Shown here piece after piece: positions 12,180 to 23,492 of a DNA stretch of 24,153 nt (position 1 is its first letter; the number at the start of each line of letters is the position of its first letter). The notes beneath the pieces were generated by a model. It was given only the letters and a program-made list of their open reading frames with translations. It was not told where the DNA came from and did not search any database. Source of the DNA: Albugo candida (lineage: Eukaryota); the NCBI GenBank assembly GCA_040437565.1, contig JBDOQK010000009.1:620001-644153 (forward strand). Direction: 5' to 3'. Both the position numbers and the translations under genes were made by a program.

Positions 12180-14178
12180 CTATCGTAGATACATGCGTAA
12201 AAGTTCCGTGACACTTTGCAAGCGTTTTGGATGAGACAATGTACGTGTCGAGTTCTGACCGAATGACACCAACTGTTCAAAAATGGCTTTCTCCGCGATG
12301 AAACTGATCAGCAATACAGTTGAAAGATTTCTTCTGACAAACGTACGACTGTGTTGGATCGTCAGTTCATCGATACGTATCGCTTGCACTTGGATTTGCA
12401 CCTGTAATATTCCCAATTACACGTGAAAATCACAAAGCTGTTCTTCCATTCACCCTAAATGTATCTTTTTGCTCTCCGCGTTGCAATAAAAATAATCACC
12501 AGACCATGAGAGAACCCGATCCCGCTGATCGTATAATAAGCCCTGTAAAGGAAGTAATTTTGCTTCGTATGCATTCTTCTCCGATACGATTTGATCGTAT
12601 TTGCATGTTAACGACTCCGATTGATTGCTTCGGAATCGAAAGTCCATTACTTCTTGGCGCGATCTTTTTATTTGTTTCCTGACGTCTGCAAATTTTACTA
12701 TCAAAGCGTTCATCTTTCTGCGTATCGACTTTGCAAAGCATCGACCTAAAGCCTCAGAGCTGATGCTGTATCGGCCCGAGTATCCTTGTTCTGTCGCAAG
12801 TCCTCCAGAGCTTTTTGTAGCTGTGTGATGATCGCTTTCTTCTCAGCAACGATTCCTTCGCAAGGGACTCGCATCTTCTCAGCAACTTTTTTCCGAACTT
12901 GATCCGTAAAGCTGATATTGTTTGCCCTCCTCCATCTCGCCACATGCTTCAACCAGAGCATCTTTCTCCCTTTCAGGAGCTTCTAATTAGAGCTGAGATC
13001 TCTTCCATTCATTGCTCCGTAAATGCAGTCCACGTCTTGGCGACACGATCATAATTGCGTTGTGATATTGGTAATTTGAGAGGCAGATGATACGCAATGA
13101 GCATTCAATTGGCACTCCAACGGGATTGTTTGTGCCTCTCTATCCTCAAAAGTTGCCTGTAAACGCCCCATACCTGTGGCCTGCTGATCTTCCTCCAAAA
13201 TGCTTAATTTGGGGCCGCCGATTCGAAAGCTTTGGAGTCTCATTCCATTCCGTAGATGCACGTTCTTCTCTTCATAGTCGATCGTTAAAGCGTGATAAGG
13301 CTCAAGCTCAAGCCTACGCGTGCGTAATTGCTCATATGCAAGCTCCAATAGCGTCGATTGATGCTTTTTTTGCTTTAATTCAGCTTGAAACACCACTTTT
13401 TTCCTTTCCGATATATTCATATTTTGATCAGAAAAAAAGGCGCTCGAAGGAACTGAGCAATGTGCTGGCTTCATTGTGGCGATACAAACGATCAGAGAGG
13501 CTGTCCAATTGCTTCATATACGCTTGTTTCTCAGCCCGGAGCTTTTCAAACTCAGCTTTGAACGCGCTGATACAAGTCGATTCCTCGCAGTCTCGATATC
13601 CCTTCGTTTTCTCTTGTTCTCTTGATTCTTGATGATCGTTCACTTTTGCGCTTAATCGCATATCTTCCTTCACGAACGCATGCATCTTCTGTGAACTTGA
13701 CGTCATCTTACTGCACACAACGTCGCCTTTGTCTGCTGTAACAATACCAGTTCTACTTGCTCCATAACATGCGCACATGACCATGTACTTCCTTCGATTG
13801 AAAATCGGCAATCACACTCTCCGCCTTTTCATCCGAGGTTTTGATTTCTGGATACTGCTTGTGCTGGCTACAGTGTTTCAAGAACCGGAAAGACGAATTT
13901 GAGATTTAGAATTGCAGGCATCTAATTCCTGCAGCAAGAAATATATGTGTGCTTTTTCGCAGCTTCACATTGAGAGAGAAAAGACACTGATCTAGCCGGA
14001 GGATGTGCTCTGGAAACGCGGCGAGGAAGTACTTAGTGGCTGTGGTACGATCGGCTGCTTGGTGGGGCTTCTGGTTCTTCTATTCTTATGTACTTCAGTC
14101 TCAGAGACAGCTTGTGAGAAGGACACGTCAAGCGTTTTACTCCCAGTTAAGTGTCGTGATCTCTCTGCAACGTTGAAT
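12180..14178 (-). pseudogene. Long coiled-coil protein pseudogene (or error-laden gene)
   Basis: Consecutive E/K/Q/L-rich heptad ORFs 13428-13811, 13049-13474, 12746-12961, 12450-12713 and 12180-12416 are joined by in-frame stops and frameshifts (one at the A7 run near 13432-13438). A S/T/P-rich segment precedes them at 14178-13995. It may continue to about 11400. Confidence 0.6.
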
Positions 14179-14278
14179 NNNNNNNNNNNNNNNNNNNNNN
14201 NNNNNNNNNNNNNNNNNNNNNNNNNNNNNNNNNNNNNNNNNNNNNNNNNNNNNNNNNNNNNNNNNNNNNNNNNNNNNN

Positions 14279-15326
14279 CTACGCCGAAACATCGAGGTAG
14301 TACTTTGTTTCAAGAGTATCAAACTCCCGAAAAAAGTACTTCTCTCCAAGGATGGTCACCGCCGCCGAGCACTGCCTGCGTCGACTCTCACAGCTGGGCC
14401 TGCAGCTACACACCCTCGCGCTGCACTACTTCCTCCCGCAACTGAGAGCAAAGAATTGGTGTCATCTCCCTGACACTCCAACTGTTGGCAGGCATCTGCC
14501 GTGGTGACCATCACCCTGATGTTGCCCCCAGGTACTTTCGACACCTGAGCGATTGACCGGCTCTCCAGATGGCTTTCAAAGACCGGATTGCCGTGGTCTC
14601 GCATCAAAGAGGATACAATTTTCCCATTCGGAGTACGGGTGAAGGACTGGCCCGTCTCCAAGACCATCGGAAAGGTTGCTTTCCGGATTTGGAAAGGTCT
14701 TGCTGCTTCCAATTCCGCAGGCAAAAATGACCAGTCCGGATGCTCCCGATCAGCATATAGCTGCAGTATAGCANNNNNNNNNNNNNNNNNNNNNNNNNNN
14801 NNNNNNNNNNNNNNNNNNNNNNNNNNNNNNNNNNNNNNNNNNNNNNNNNNNNNNNNNNNNNNNNNNNNNNNNNGACTTTTAGTGTCGTCCACACTTGCAG
14901 TTGCCTTTGGGTCATCCTGTGACGAGGCAACGACAGTACCGCATGTACCACCGGTACCACATCCGACACCTGTAGTACCGGTATTGACCAGTACCGTCAC
15001 ACTGGGGGTGGGGGTACTTATTACGTCATCACACAGGGGTGATGACTGATCAACAATCATACAATCCCCAAAACAGGGTGACTCATGAGGGTTGCCACGT
15101 CAGTACAAGTGGACGCTAGCACCCTTGGTTGTGTCGATATGTCGACTTGAACCATTGTTTCGAGAGGAAGGAGGTGAAAAAAGTTGTTTTTTCGAGTTGT
15201 TTTTACTAAATTGGCGGGTTACTTAGTAGCCGGCAAATTGAGAAGTGATTGGTTAGATCAATTGTCTGTGGCCGTGGAGGTTTTCCTGTGGCCGTAGTAT
15301 TAATGTCTGTGGCCATAGCGGCTCCC
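14279..15326 (-). mobile_element. Retrotransposon fragment: ORF1/gag-like 5' part of an oomycete-type non-LTR element
   Basis: Higher-GC segment. Low-complexity N-terminus (possible ATG 15155, frameshift near 15060), then ETGQSFTRTPNGKIVSSLMRDHGNP...GGNIRVMVTTADACQQLECQ, resuming in another frame as VTILGEKYFFREFDTLETKYYLDV. This resembles oomycete LINE ORF1 proteins as I recall them. No RT or endonuclease is visible, and the fragment ends at a gap. Confidence 0.55.
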
Positions 15327-16895
15327 TAATTATCAACTCAACCGTGATAATAATTCGACTATATGTAGGCGACAGGTACTCTGTACAGGTAACGCTACAC
15401 TTTGTTGGTGCTAAATCTGTCCTGGAATTACTGGGAAGTTGACAAACAGTAAATTAGAATAGTCATTCCCTTAAGATGTTGTTACAACTTGCGCTCCCTT
15501 ATAAAATGAAATAAAGCTCCATTGTCTTCACGCGCTCATTTTGTGAGCACATTCGCTGTAGCTTCAAATAACGATTTCGTGAAACCATCAGCTCTATCTA
15601 TTTTTAAAACCATCAGATAACAGCTGCTCGCCTGGATGAATATCCTTTCTCTTTTCTTCTTTGTTGGATGTAGTTTATTACTCGATAAAAGCTGCTACTT
15701 GCTATTTCTATAATACTCATCCGGCCCACATGACCTGGTTTCCTACCTGCCTATTTGCCAATCATTCTCAAAAATCAGAGTTCTTGTTCCTCATAATTCT
15801 AAATGATTCTAATACTCTACTTAAACCTCCCTGCAATTGTATTATTTTTGCTAGAAGAGACACATGAATATAAACCTGCTCGAAGGATCGATATCTTACA
15901 ATTTCGAGACAACACACTTTTGAGCGTTATGATTTGCAGTTAGCGCCTGATCAAGATTGACAGAACTCGATTCCTGATCATAATCCATCTTCTCCGTAAC
16001 AGTCGTTTCATTTTGATGATTTTGTTTCAGCACGGTTCTTGTGAAGAAAGGTAAGAGTCGATCAGGTCCATTTGATTGATTACGGTCCTCTCGATTGTCA
16101 ANNNNNNNNNNNNNNNNNNNNNNNNNNNNNNNNNNNNNNNNNNNNNNNNNNNNNNNNNNNNNNNNNNNNNNNNNNNNNNNNNNNNNNNNNNNNNNNNNNN
16201 NCATTATTTATATTCTTCCAAAGGCAGAGCTCCATAAAGTCAGAAAACCTTACACATTTCGCTGCTCCAGTTTAGCTAATTACTCCAATTGGAGTACGTG
16301 GCTATTCTCATATTAGGATGCGGTTTTTACAAAAGCTTTTTTCCTATACTTCTTAATTTGTTTTGCTTCCTTAGAATAGAAACCCTATATAATTACTCAT
16401 TGTTTTGTCTATATACAGTATTTTCCTGACAAAGAATCTGCCTCTGAACATCGAACATGGGATAGCGAAAATCAACTGTCCAGTTAATTCATTTGGTACA
16501 ACGTATCTTTTGCCACCTTATCCACACATATCGAGATAATATAATATGATACGTTTGTTTCTGTAAGTAAACCAGTCATAATTGGTCACATGGTCGCAAA
16601 AACGAAGTTATGAATTAAGTGAGGCAAGAAAAAAGCACTTTGAAAATGAACCTCCTAACTATTGCAACATCAAGTCTTCCTCCATGCTGATTTCGTTGAG
16701 CTGAGCATTCTCGTGAATTTTTCCGAAATCACAGGATAAAATGCGTTTTACGAAACTAAAATGATGATTTGTGTGTATCGATGAAAACGAACAAGTATGA
16801 TGGGTTGCACTAATCCATTTGAACGATATGAGATATAATTTAATGCTCTTCCAAACCATATTCGGTTTTTTGATGCCGGCTAATCGATACGAGAC

Positions 16896-18642
16896 ATGAA
16901 GACCAAGGTGTTCATGTCTATTATCAATGAAAACTCGATTCCTATCTTCAGCTCAATTCCAGACCTATCGTTCGTGCAGTCTTTGCGCGAAGAAACGAAA
17001 TCTGAGGTCTATAGAAAGTTTAGCCTCTTCACGCTCTTGTACCAGCTACGAGTGGCAATTCATAAATTGTATCTAGTGTGTAATTAGCCCTAAAAGCGCT
17101 GATGTATTCGTTCTGAACATCCTTAGATGCAGCAGAGCAGTCACATCCGTATCAATGTATGTTAATGACTTTTAATTATTCGTCACTAGGTCCAGCGTGT
17201 TGGGTAAAGTACCTGAACAGACGAACACACCTGTGAAGATAAAAGTTCTTCCAGATGAAAGAGAAGGGGTGATATCATGGAATAACACATTTATTCAATA
17301 CAGAAAATGGTCGTTAAATGGTTTCTGTTGGAGACCATCTATTCTGACTGTTATATGTTTTATATTGATCCTTTCAAATTCTTTAAAAGCTTTCTACTGA
17401 CTATCATATGTTTCGTACAGATTGAGACTCCCGCATTGGCGTAATCAGAGTTGATATTTGCTTGTTGATGGTCGGGCGCGCGTTTACATTCAATCTCGTA
17501 TACATTTGCTTATGTGGAGTTATCACTTTGATCATTTTAAAAACAGCACATGTTACCCTGGATAGAAAGAATTATTATGATACGAATGTGNNNNNNNNNN
17601 NNNNNNNNNNNNNNNNNNNNNNNNNNNNNNNNNNNNNNNNNNNNNNNNNNNNNNNNNNNNNNNNNNNNNNNNNNNNNNNNNNNNNNNNNNAGCAAGATCA
17701 ATTGCCCGTAAGGATGTGTGCGTTTCTCAAAGAAAGACTCAACAATTCATCAGCAACTATTTTCTTCAACAATCGACGACTCGAATACTTGAACAAAGAT
17801 GTATACTCGGATACCTTCTACCTTTGCTTCACAAATCATTACCTTCCAATCAGCTAAGTGATATAGCTACTCAAATCTTAATATCCATAGAAGGCATCTA
17901 ACGCTATCGAAGTCGTGATATTATGAGTCCAAGTGTTTCCGAATCAGAGCTACCTGACGTAGAAACGAACCTTATGACCAATCCTATTGCTTGGTTCAGA
18001 ACCTCCGAAAGCCTGTTTGTAGCTACCCTTGCTGTTAGTGGAATGATAACTATGAATACATTCGCAATGTTCGCCTCATCCACTCAGCATGCTCATATTG
18101 CGCTTGTTGTAAAGACGTGGCAATCACATTCTAACTGAAAAATTACACAGCGCCACCTTCATAAGTGCCCAGCTCACATGGAGTCTCAAACAGCAAATTT
18201 TGAATTTTGAATCAACTGGCATATTTACATTATTCTCATTATACTTAAGTGAGGCGTGGAGGGCATCAGTCTCTAAATAACGAGCTGAAACCGTTTTTGG
18301 AAATGCTTAGGATGAAGCAAGTGATGAAGATCTCAAACAAAACTTAGCTGATGTGTCCCTTGTTATAATAATTGAAGCACTTCCCATTATCAAATTAGAA
18401 GCCCTCCACCCTAACACGTTTGGTGATTGTTTGATAGCTGGGAGAGGGTCAATCTTTCCCCGGAAATATCAATTCTATGCATAAATGGATGGAGAAAAGC
18501 GGGATATCGTCGCGTTATAGTAACATCGCACGATTGCGTGTATTTGGAACCACACCAAGGGACCGAGAATAAGATACACTTAATGCAGTCTGAAAATCTG
18601 ACAATTATTTTCTCGATACTGGATAATGGGGTTTGCCTATAA
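16896..18642 (+). pseudogene. Highly diverged GH20 beta-hexosaminidase-like relic
   Basis: Motifs appear in GH20 order: FTLLYQL (~17028; cf. ETFSQL); IETPALA (17421; cf. IEDFPRF); LLMVGRAF...LKTAHVTL (17462-17560; same R6/L26/H30/L33 spacing as HexA LLDTSRHY...LNVFHWHL); EDLKQ; VW*LFDS (18418; cf. VWQEVFDN); KAGYRRVIVTSHDCVYLE (~18496-18549; cf. aGyrvIvS..d.wYLD); ILDNGVCL* (cf. ILGGEACMW). Many stops. Confidence 0.45.
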
Positions 18643-19469
18643 TATTTTTCATTCACAACGTCGTTCCCGAGCTTGAGAAAAAAATCGTTTCGGACCAATT
18701 CGTTTATATTGGAAATATGTAATCGGACTACTCATGAGTAATAGCAAATAGGTGCCAAAGTTGGATCACAAAATATTCCGTGGCTGGCTCTTCAAAACAT
18801 TTCGCGTAATAAAAGGTCAAATGCGAGCGCATAGTTCTGGTAACAACTTCTCATGTATCAGCATTATTACATGATGTGCTGTAGTCAGATATTTTCAACT
18901 TTGACACGAGTAGAGGAGATGCACAACTTCGTTTTCTATGTTACCTCCTTGTGTTTACGATACAACGTTCTGTCTCAAAAGAAATACGAAGGATGTGAAT
19001 GTATTATTTGTGACTTATGATAAACTTACTCATCCCATAAATTTTAGATGCGTAGTCCTTGTCTTTCTTTACATTTGCTTTTTGGAGAAGAGATCAAAGC
19101 CTCTAAAGGATTGTTTCACCATCTGAAACCAGCTTGTACAAATTATCATACAAGAATGATGTGTCGCAGCAACACTCTTCGTACAAGGGATAGAAGAGCT
19201 CACTGCCCAGTGCATAGTGGGCCTTCTTTGCATTCTTTTTACGTACTATTTTGTTTTCATGCCCCATTAAGTAATGTAATTTATTGGTAAACCTAATGGG
19301 GTGAGTGTGTTTGACTATTCGAAAACTACACAATCTAAATTCTGTATGAAGGATCAAATAAAGAGAATTATACCGGTGCCATCATTCAAATTTTGCTTTG
19401 ACAGCAAAACGCCGGCAAATACTGTGCTGGTAGCTTGTGCACTACGCGCTTTCCACAAACAGCGAAGAT

Positions 19470-20639
19470 TAACAATGATTTTTTGTCTCTTCTCATGCAT
19501 TGATATACAGATATTGAATTAGGGTAAATATTCCTGACAACCCTATCTTACATGGCAAGCGCAGCGCCAATGATCCAGTTTTTTATATTACTGGAGCGAC
19601 CGACCAAAAAGCACTTTTCGTCTTTCCGAACAAAATAGCTCAGCTTTGAAAGTGTGAATAGTTCTGATCAGAATCATCGATAAAATTGAATGTTGAAATT
19701 TAAACTTGGAGATTTGTACACAATTGATTGTATCAGTTGGAGAATCGGATATTCCAGGCATTCCTTTGATTGATAGGTCATATGCCCAAGATGGGAATTG
19801 GCTGTGAAGACTTCCAAAGTAGAAATGGACGTTTTCTTTCTCATTAACGGTATCAACGATATTGACACGGGTATATTCGATGCGGAACGAAAATTTGACG
19901 TGTATCTCACTCATGGAATCCGGATTTACTTGAAAATGCTTTTGTTGAAATGTATTTGAATTTGCACTCGATGCAATAGAGGTAGAAGTAAAAGTAAATA
20001 TACTTAACATTAATCTTCTGTGTTAACACTACAACATGCAAGCGCAACGGCATTACAAACTTGACTATGTCATGTTTCACATGACGTCCGTCTGGTACCA
20101 CGTGGTGACCGTCTCCCTTCGTCCCATCTGTCACGCTGTCACCAAACAGCCGTTAAGGTGATATTGGACTTTACCTATGATGGGTCTTGCAGTTGACGCG
20201 CAAAAACTTGATGAAACTGCCAGGAAACGATCTCTTCTAACAGGTCTCGTTCGAACAAAAGCGCTTGAGCTTCTCTATCAATGAATATATTTATCGACCC
20301 TCTAGCTATGACATACCCACTATTTTTGGCACTCCCACTAATAGCGATAGCGTAGCCTTGCATATGCTACAAAAAACCCTTAATCAGTTTAACGCTGAAC
20401 AATTCGTACTTGTAATTTTCCGGTAGCTATTCGGATTTTCATGATTTTGATTTATCTCCTTCGTCTTTATTTATCGGAATCCGAGTGGCTTGCGTAGAAT
20501 TACGAGGTATCTCTTAAATTCGCGGTACCATTACCTCCCACCAAGCGGGGCCGAAAAGCTTGAATTACAGAGGGAACCAGGTCGCATCCCAACGATGGAA
20601 TACCACACAAAGCCAAAAAAGTTTCTTTGTATCCACCAT
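19470..20639 (-). pseudogene. Disrupted paralog of the pepsin-like pseudo-protease
   Basis: ATG at 20639 (MVDTKKLFWLCVVFHRWDA). Colinear blocks with the 8482-9342 protein: WEVMVP~FEVVLP; YELFSVKLIK~YTLLNSNVIK; QFHQVF~KFHHVV; VHFYFGSLHSQFP~VSLDYAHAHSLFP; LFTLSKLSYFVRKDEKCFLVGRSSNIKNWIIGAALA~LFTLTKPNYFVRSNHDGKCYMAVRVNTEENKWVIGAALA. Several stops and frameshifts. The 3' end is approximate. Confidence 0.8.
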
Positions 20640-21200
20640 TGTTGTTGATGGACAATTTGAAAATGAGTTCCAACTTCATCGGCTCTGCTTCACCACACAG
20701 TGCAAAAGTGGGACATAACCCCTTCATATGGGAAAATCGTGAATGTTATATGAATGGTTGTTTTTGAAATTTTAAACAGAGGAATAAGGACTAAAAACAA
20801 GAGATAATCCACCAATGCTTGTGCAGCAGAGTTGTGCGACTGTGTTGTTGACGCAGTCAATTTCTGCGTAAGCATTTGGAATCGAATGCCGAATGGAGCT
20901 TCTGACGTACCTTTGTGACTTGATTCGGTATTGCGTTTTACAGGTTTAGCAGATGAATGAAGCGTCAACGTTGAGGTGAGTAAAACAGCTTATTCAAGAT
21001 CTGGTACATAATGAGTTTGCACTATAGTCTGTAAAACAACTAATATACATTCGTGAATGCGATCTAAGAATTTAGACAAATGCGACGTAGCCTTATTATT
21101 ATGCTTTTGCGCCCAGAAAGCAAATTGACCAAATTTGACTTCCCTCCTCAAATATAGTAGATCGCGTGATTTCATAGATGCGTATATATCATATTCCTGA
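20640..21200 (-). repeat. Conserved upstream module, copy C
   Basis: Gap-free colinearity with 9343-9430 just upstream of the ATG. TGACGCA 20849, AATCGAAT 20880, GAGTAAAACAGCTT 20978-20991. Similarity fades shortly before the MULE left end. Confidence 0.75.
20653..20668 (-). promoter_or_regulatory. Oomycete INR/FPR core promoter element
   Basis: Minus strand ACTCATTTTCAAATTG matches the oomycete consensus GCTCATTYBNNNWTTY at 14/16 positions. The TCA starts 27 nt upstream of ATG 20639. Confidence 0.65.
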
Positions 21201-21248
21201 TACCAGATTTCCTTGGCACGGAAAATTCGTTGTTCAAACATGATTTGA

Positions 21249-21345
21249 GGGAATTGCTACTTCCACCCACCGATGTGATTTTTGACCAATCAGATTGCGG
21301 CGTTATAACCACGCCAAATTTCAATATTGCAACCCAACTTTTTAT
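21249..21345 (+). repeat. MULE left terminal inverted repeat
   Basis: Reverse complement similarity to 23352-23492. Confidence 0.88.
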
Positions 21346-21469
21346 TATATGATTGGGCAGAATTAGTCTATGCTAGTTCATTTTTCCTTTCAGAATCACG
21401 CAACGTTTGTCCACGGCATTTTAGGGCTTTGCTCACCTGCATCTTGCCTACACGATGATAATAGTGTGA

Positions 21470-23349
21470 AAACCTTCGTGGGACATTTTTGGATATCATG
21501 TCCCTCCCTGTTACATTTTTACATCGTCGCTTAGACTACATCGCATGCCCAAATGCTGACGGTTCGCGCTTTGTTGATGAATTGGAAACCTTATTCTGGG
21601 CCCAAAGTGGATATTCTTTCGCCTTCACGACAGGAAGTTCAGCAAGGACCTAAGAATTTTCCACTTCCCAATTTCGGAATTTTAGCATGTATAATTGACT
21701 ATTAGGCTGGCGAGCAATTTGAATGGCGGCTTTAAAGTGCTTTCAAGTGGAGCTGAAAGGATGAAATTTTGTTCGGCATGATGGAAACTTGCTTGGCCCC
21801 TTCCGTTATTGCATTGTAATTAATGTCACCTAGGTGCCAATGCTGGTTGATCAATGTTGAGGGTATGGGGCTGCTACATGGCTCATGAATTTCAAGCACA
21901 CATGGTAATCCCATAGTGCTCCGCAACGTATGACTGCACGCATTCTTCAAATCCCCTTCCGGTCTATCAAATTGCCCTTCGATTTTTTCAGAGCAAAAAT
22001 GGAGACGCGTCCGACCAGCTGCTCATAAGATACACTACCACGGAATAGATGTGAGATTCGGATGCGATTGTTAGAAATGTTTGCTTCAAGCTCCCGGGCT
22101 TGGTGCTCAATGGCTTGCTTCATTCTTGCCTTAACAAGATCTAAATTTCCAATCGATGTTTGTGGGTACCGCTTAAAGCCGAATGCGCTCCTTGAACCTT
22201 CGACGTCGAAGTATTTTGAAAATGCATCACCTTGTCTGTCCAGGCACGCACAGATTTTGCTTCATGCGGAATCCAGGTTTTCTCCAAATAGCTGACAACG
22301 TCCGATTTTCCAACATATTTAATTTTAAATGCGCTCCACCTGCATCATAGTTCGCAATTGTCTTTGATCTACAAACATTTGTCAACTTTCCAAAAACTCC
22401 TCCCATTCCTCGTTCGTGTTAAATTGTTTCTTGCAATTTACAAGTAATTCTTATTCGATATACCACATGCATAGGAGATGTGCGCAGCCCGGAAATATTT
22501 TTATAATGGCACCAGCTAGTGCCAAGTCACGATCTGTAACCAGAACGTATGGAGTTTGTACCAACATGTTTCGCAACTACTTAAGTGCCCAGATATAATC
22601 TGCCTCCCCCTCCCTTGATACAAATTCAATAGCCAAGTAAATTGTTGAGTTCATTCCCGTTCGTCCAACAATGCTCAGCAGAAGAATCCTGAATTTGTTC
22701 GTTTTGTACGTACAATCCAGGGGAAGAATCCCACCATACCGGCAAGCTAAACGGATGGATGTTGGATGGGCCATGGACAAATGTGTGACGCGCCCATCAC
22801 CGGTGGTTTGAACACTATACGTGCACGTGCCAGATGTAAGTTCATCCATCAAAGCCTGGATCGGGGACCTGCTCCCAATACCTTCAGACGACATTGCGCT
22901 TTGGCGTTGTAGAAGGTTTTCGCCGTGGCCAGTGATTCGGGAAATTCACGACGCAAAAGTGTTAATCCCTGATGTGCGGAGACTCCAGCTGATAAAAGTT
23001 CCTGTACGCGGCCCTTTTATTCTTCAGTCATTCTTCGGCATCCTGGATGCCCAGTCATACTCTCTGAAGGTTCATGATTGTGTTGGCTGTTGCGCATTTT
23101 GACCTTCCAGCAACCATCTCCAAGGACACCCATGCAGCCTGGTCATGTCTTTCGTGTCTTTCCCTCAACATTTCCAGCAGAGCGTTTCCTATACTCCCCA
23201 CCAAGATCACAAGCAAGCAAAAATCGCCTGTCTCCATCTGAACGTTTTATCGACAGCCCATAGCCAGACTCACGACACACGTGGCAAACGTTTTCAATGA
23301 GATCACAACAAGTGGCAAAAGATTGGCTCCAACTGATGAAAGAGGACAT
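21470..23349 (-). pseudogene. MULE DDE transposase pseudogene
   Basis: FAR1-like N-terminus (GYGLSIKRS...LACDLGGEYR); LDCTYKTNKF (~22720-22690); VTDRDLAL (22540-22517); FPGCAHLLCMWYI; AWTDKVMHFQNTSTSKVQGAHS with the catalytic E read as Q (22194-22192); SWIM-like CSHTLRSTMGLPC...INQHW; STKREPSAF; frameshifted zinc knuckle CK(K)CNREGHDIQKCP (~21525-21478). Many stops and frameshifts. Confidence 0.92.
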
Positions 23350-23351
23350 TG

Positions 23352-23492
23352 ATAAAGGTGGGTGGAAATATTGAAAAGCTAGGTGGAAATAAAGCCGTAA
23401 TCTGATTGGTCAGAAAGTCACTTTAGTGTGGTAATAACAACGTAATCTGATTGGTCAAAATATCACATTGTTGAGTGGAAATAGCAATTCTC
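23352..23492 (-). repeat. MULE right terminal inverted repeat with an internal 45-bp tandem duplication
   Basis: CGTAATCTGATTGGTCA occurs at 23396 and 23441, while the left TIR has only one copy. Confidence 0.88.

Larger units (their letters stand above)
21249..23492 (-). mobile_element. Mutator-like element (MULE), full length but inactive
   Basis: Long imperfect TIRs (left GGGAATTGCTACTTCCACCCACCGATGTGATTTTTGACCAATCAGATT; right reverse complement GAGAATTGCTATTTCCACTCAACAATGTGATATTTTGACCAATCAGATT) enclose a broken MULE transposase. Confidence 0.92.

Noticed and set aside
13087-15049. Plus-strand ORFs 13087-13632, 14005-14445 and 14588-15049
   Set aside because: These are antisense shadows of minus-strand coding relics, and two are inflated by N-runs.
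20240-20365. CCG-like ICKATLSLLVGV...C...C in an alternative frame
   Set aside because: It overlaps the pepsin-like paralog, whose frame explains the sequence, and the second Cys is missing.
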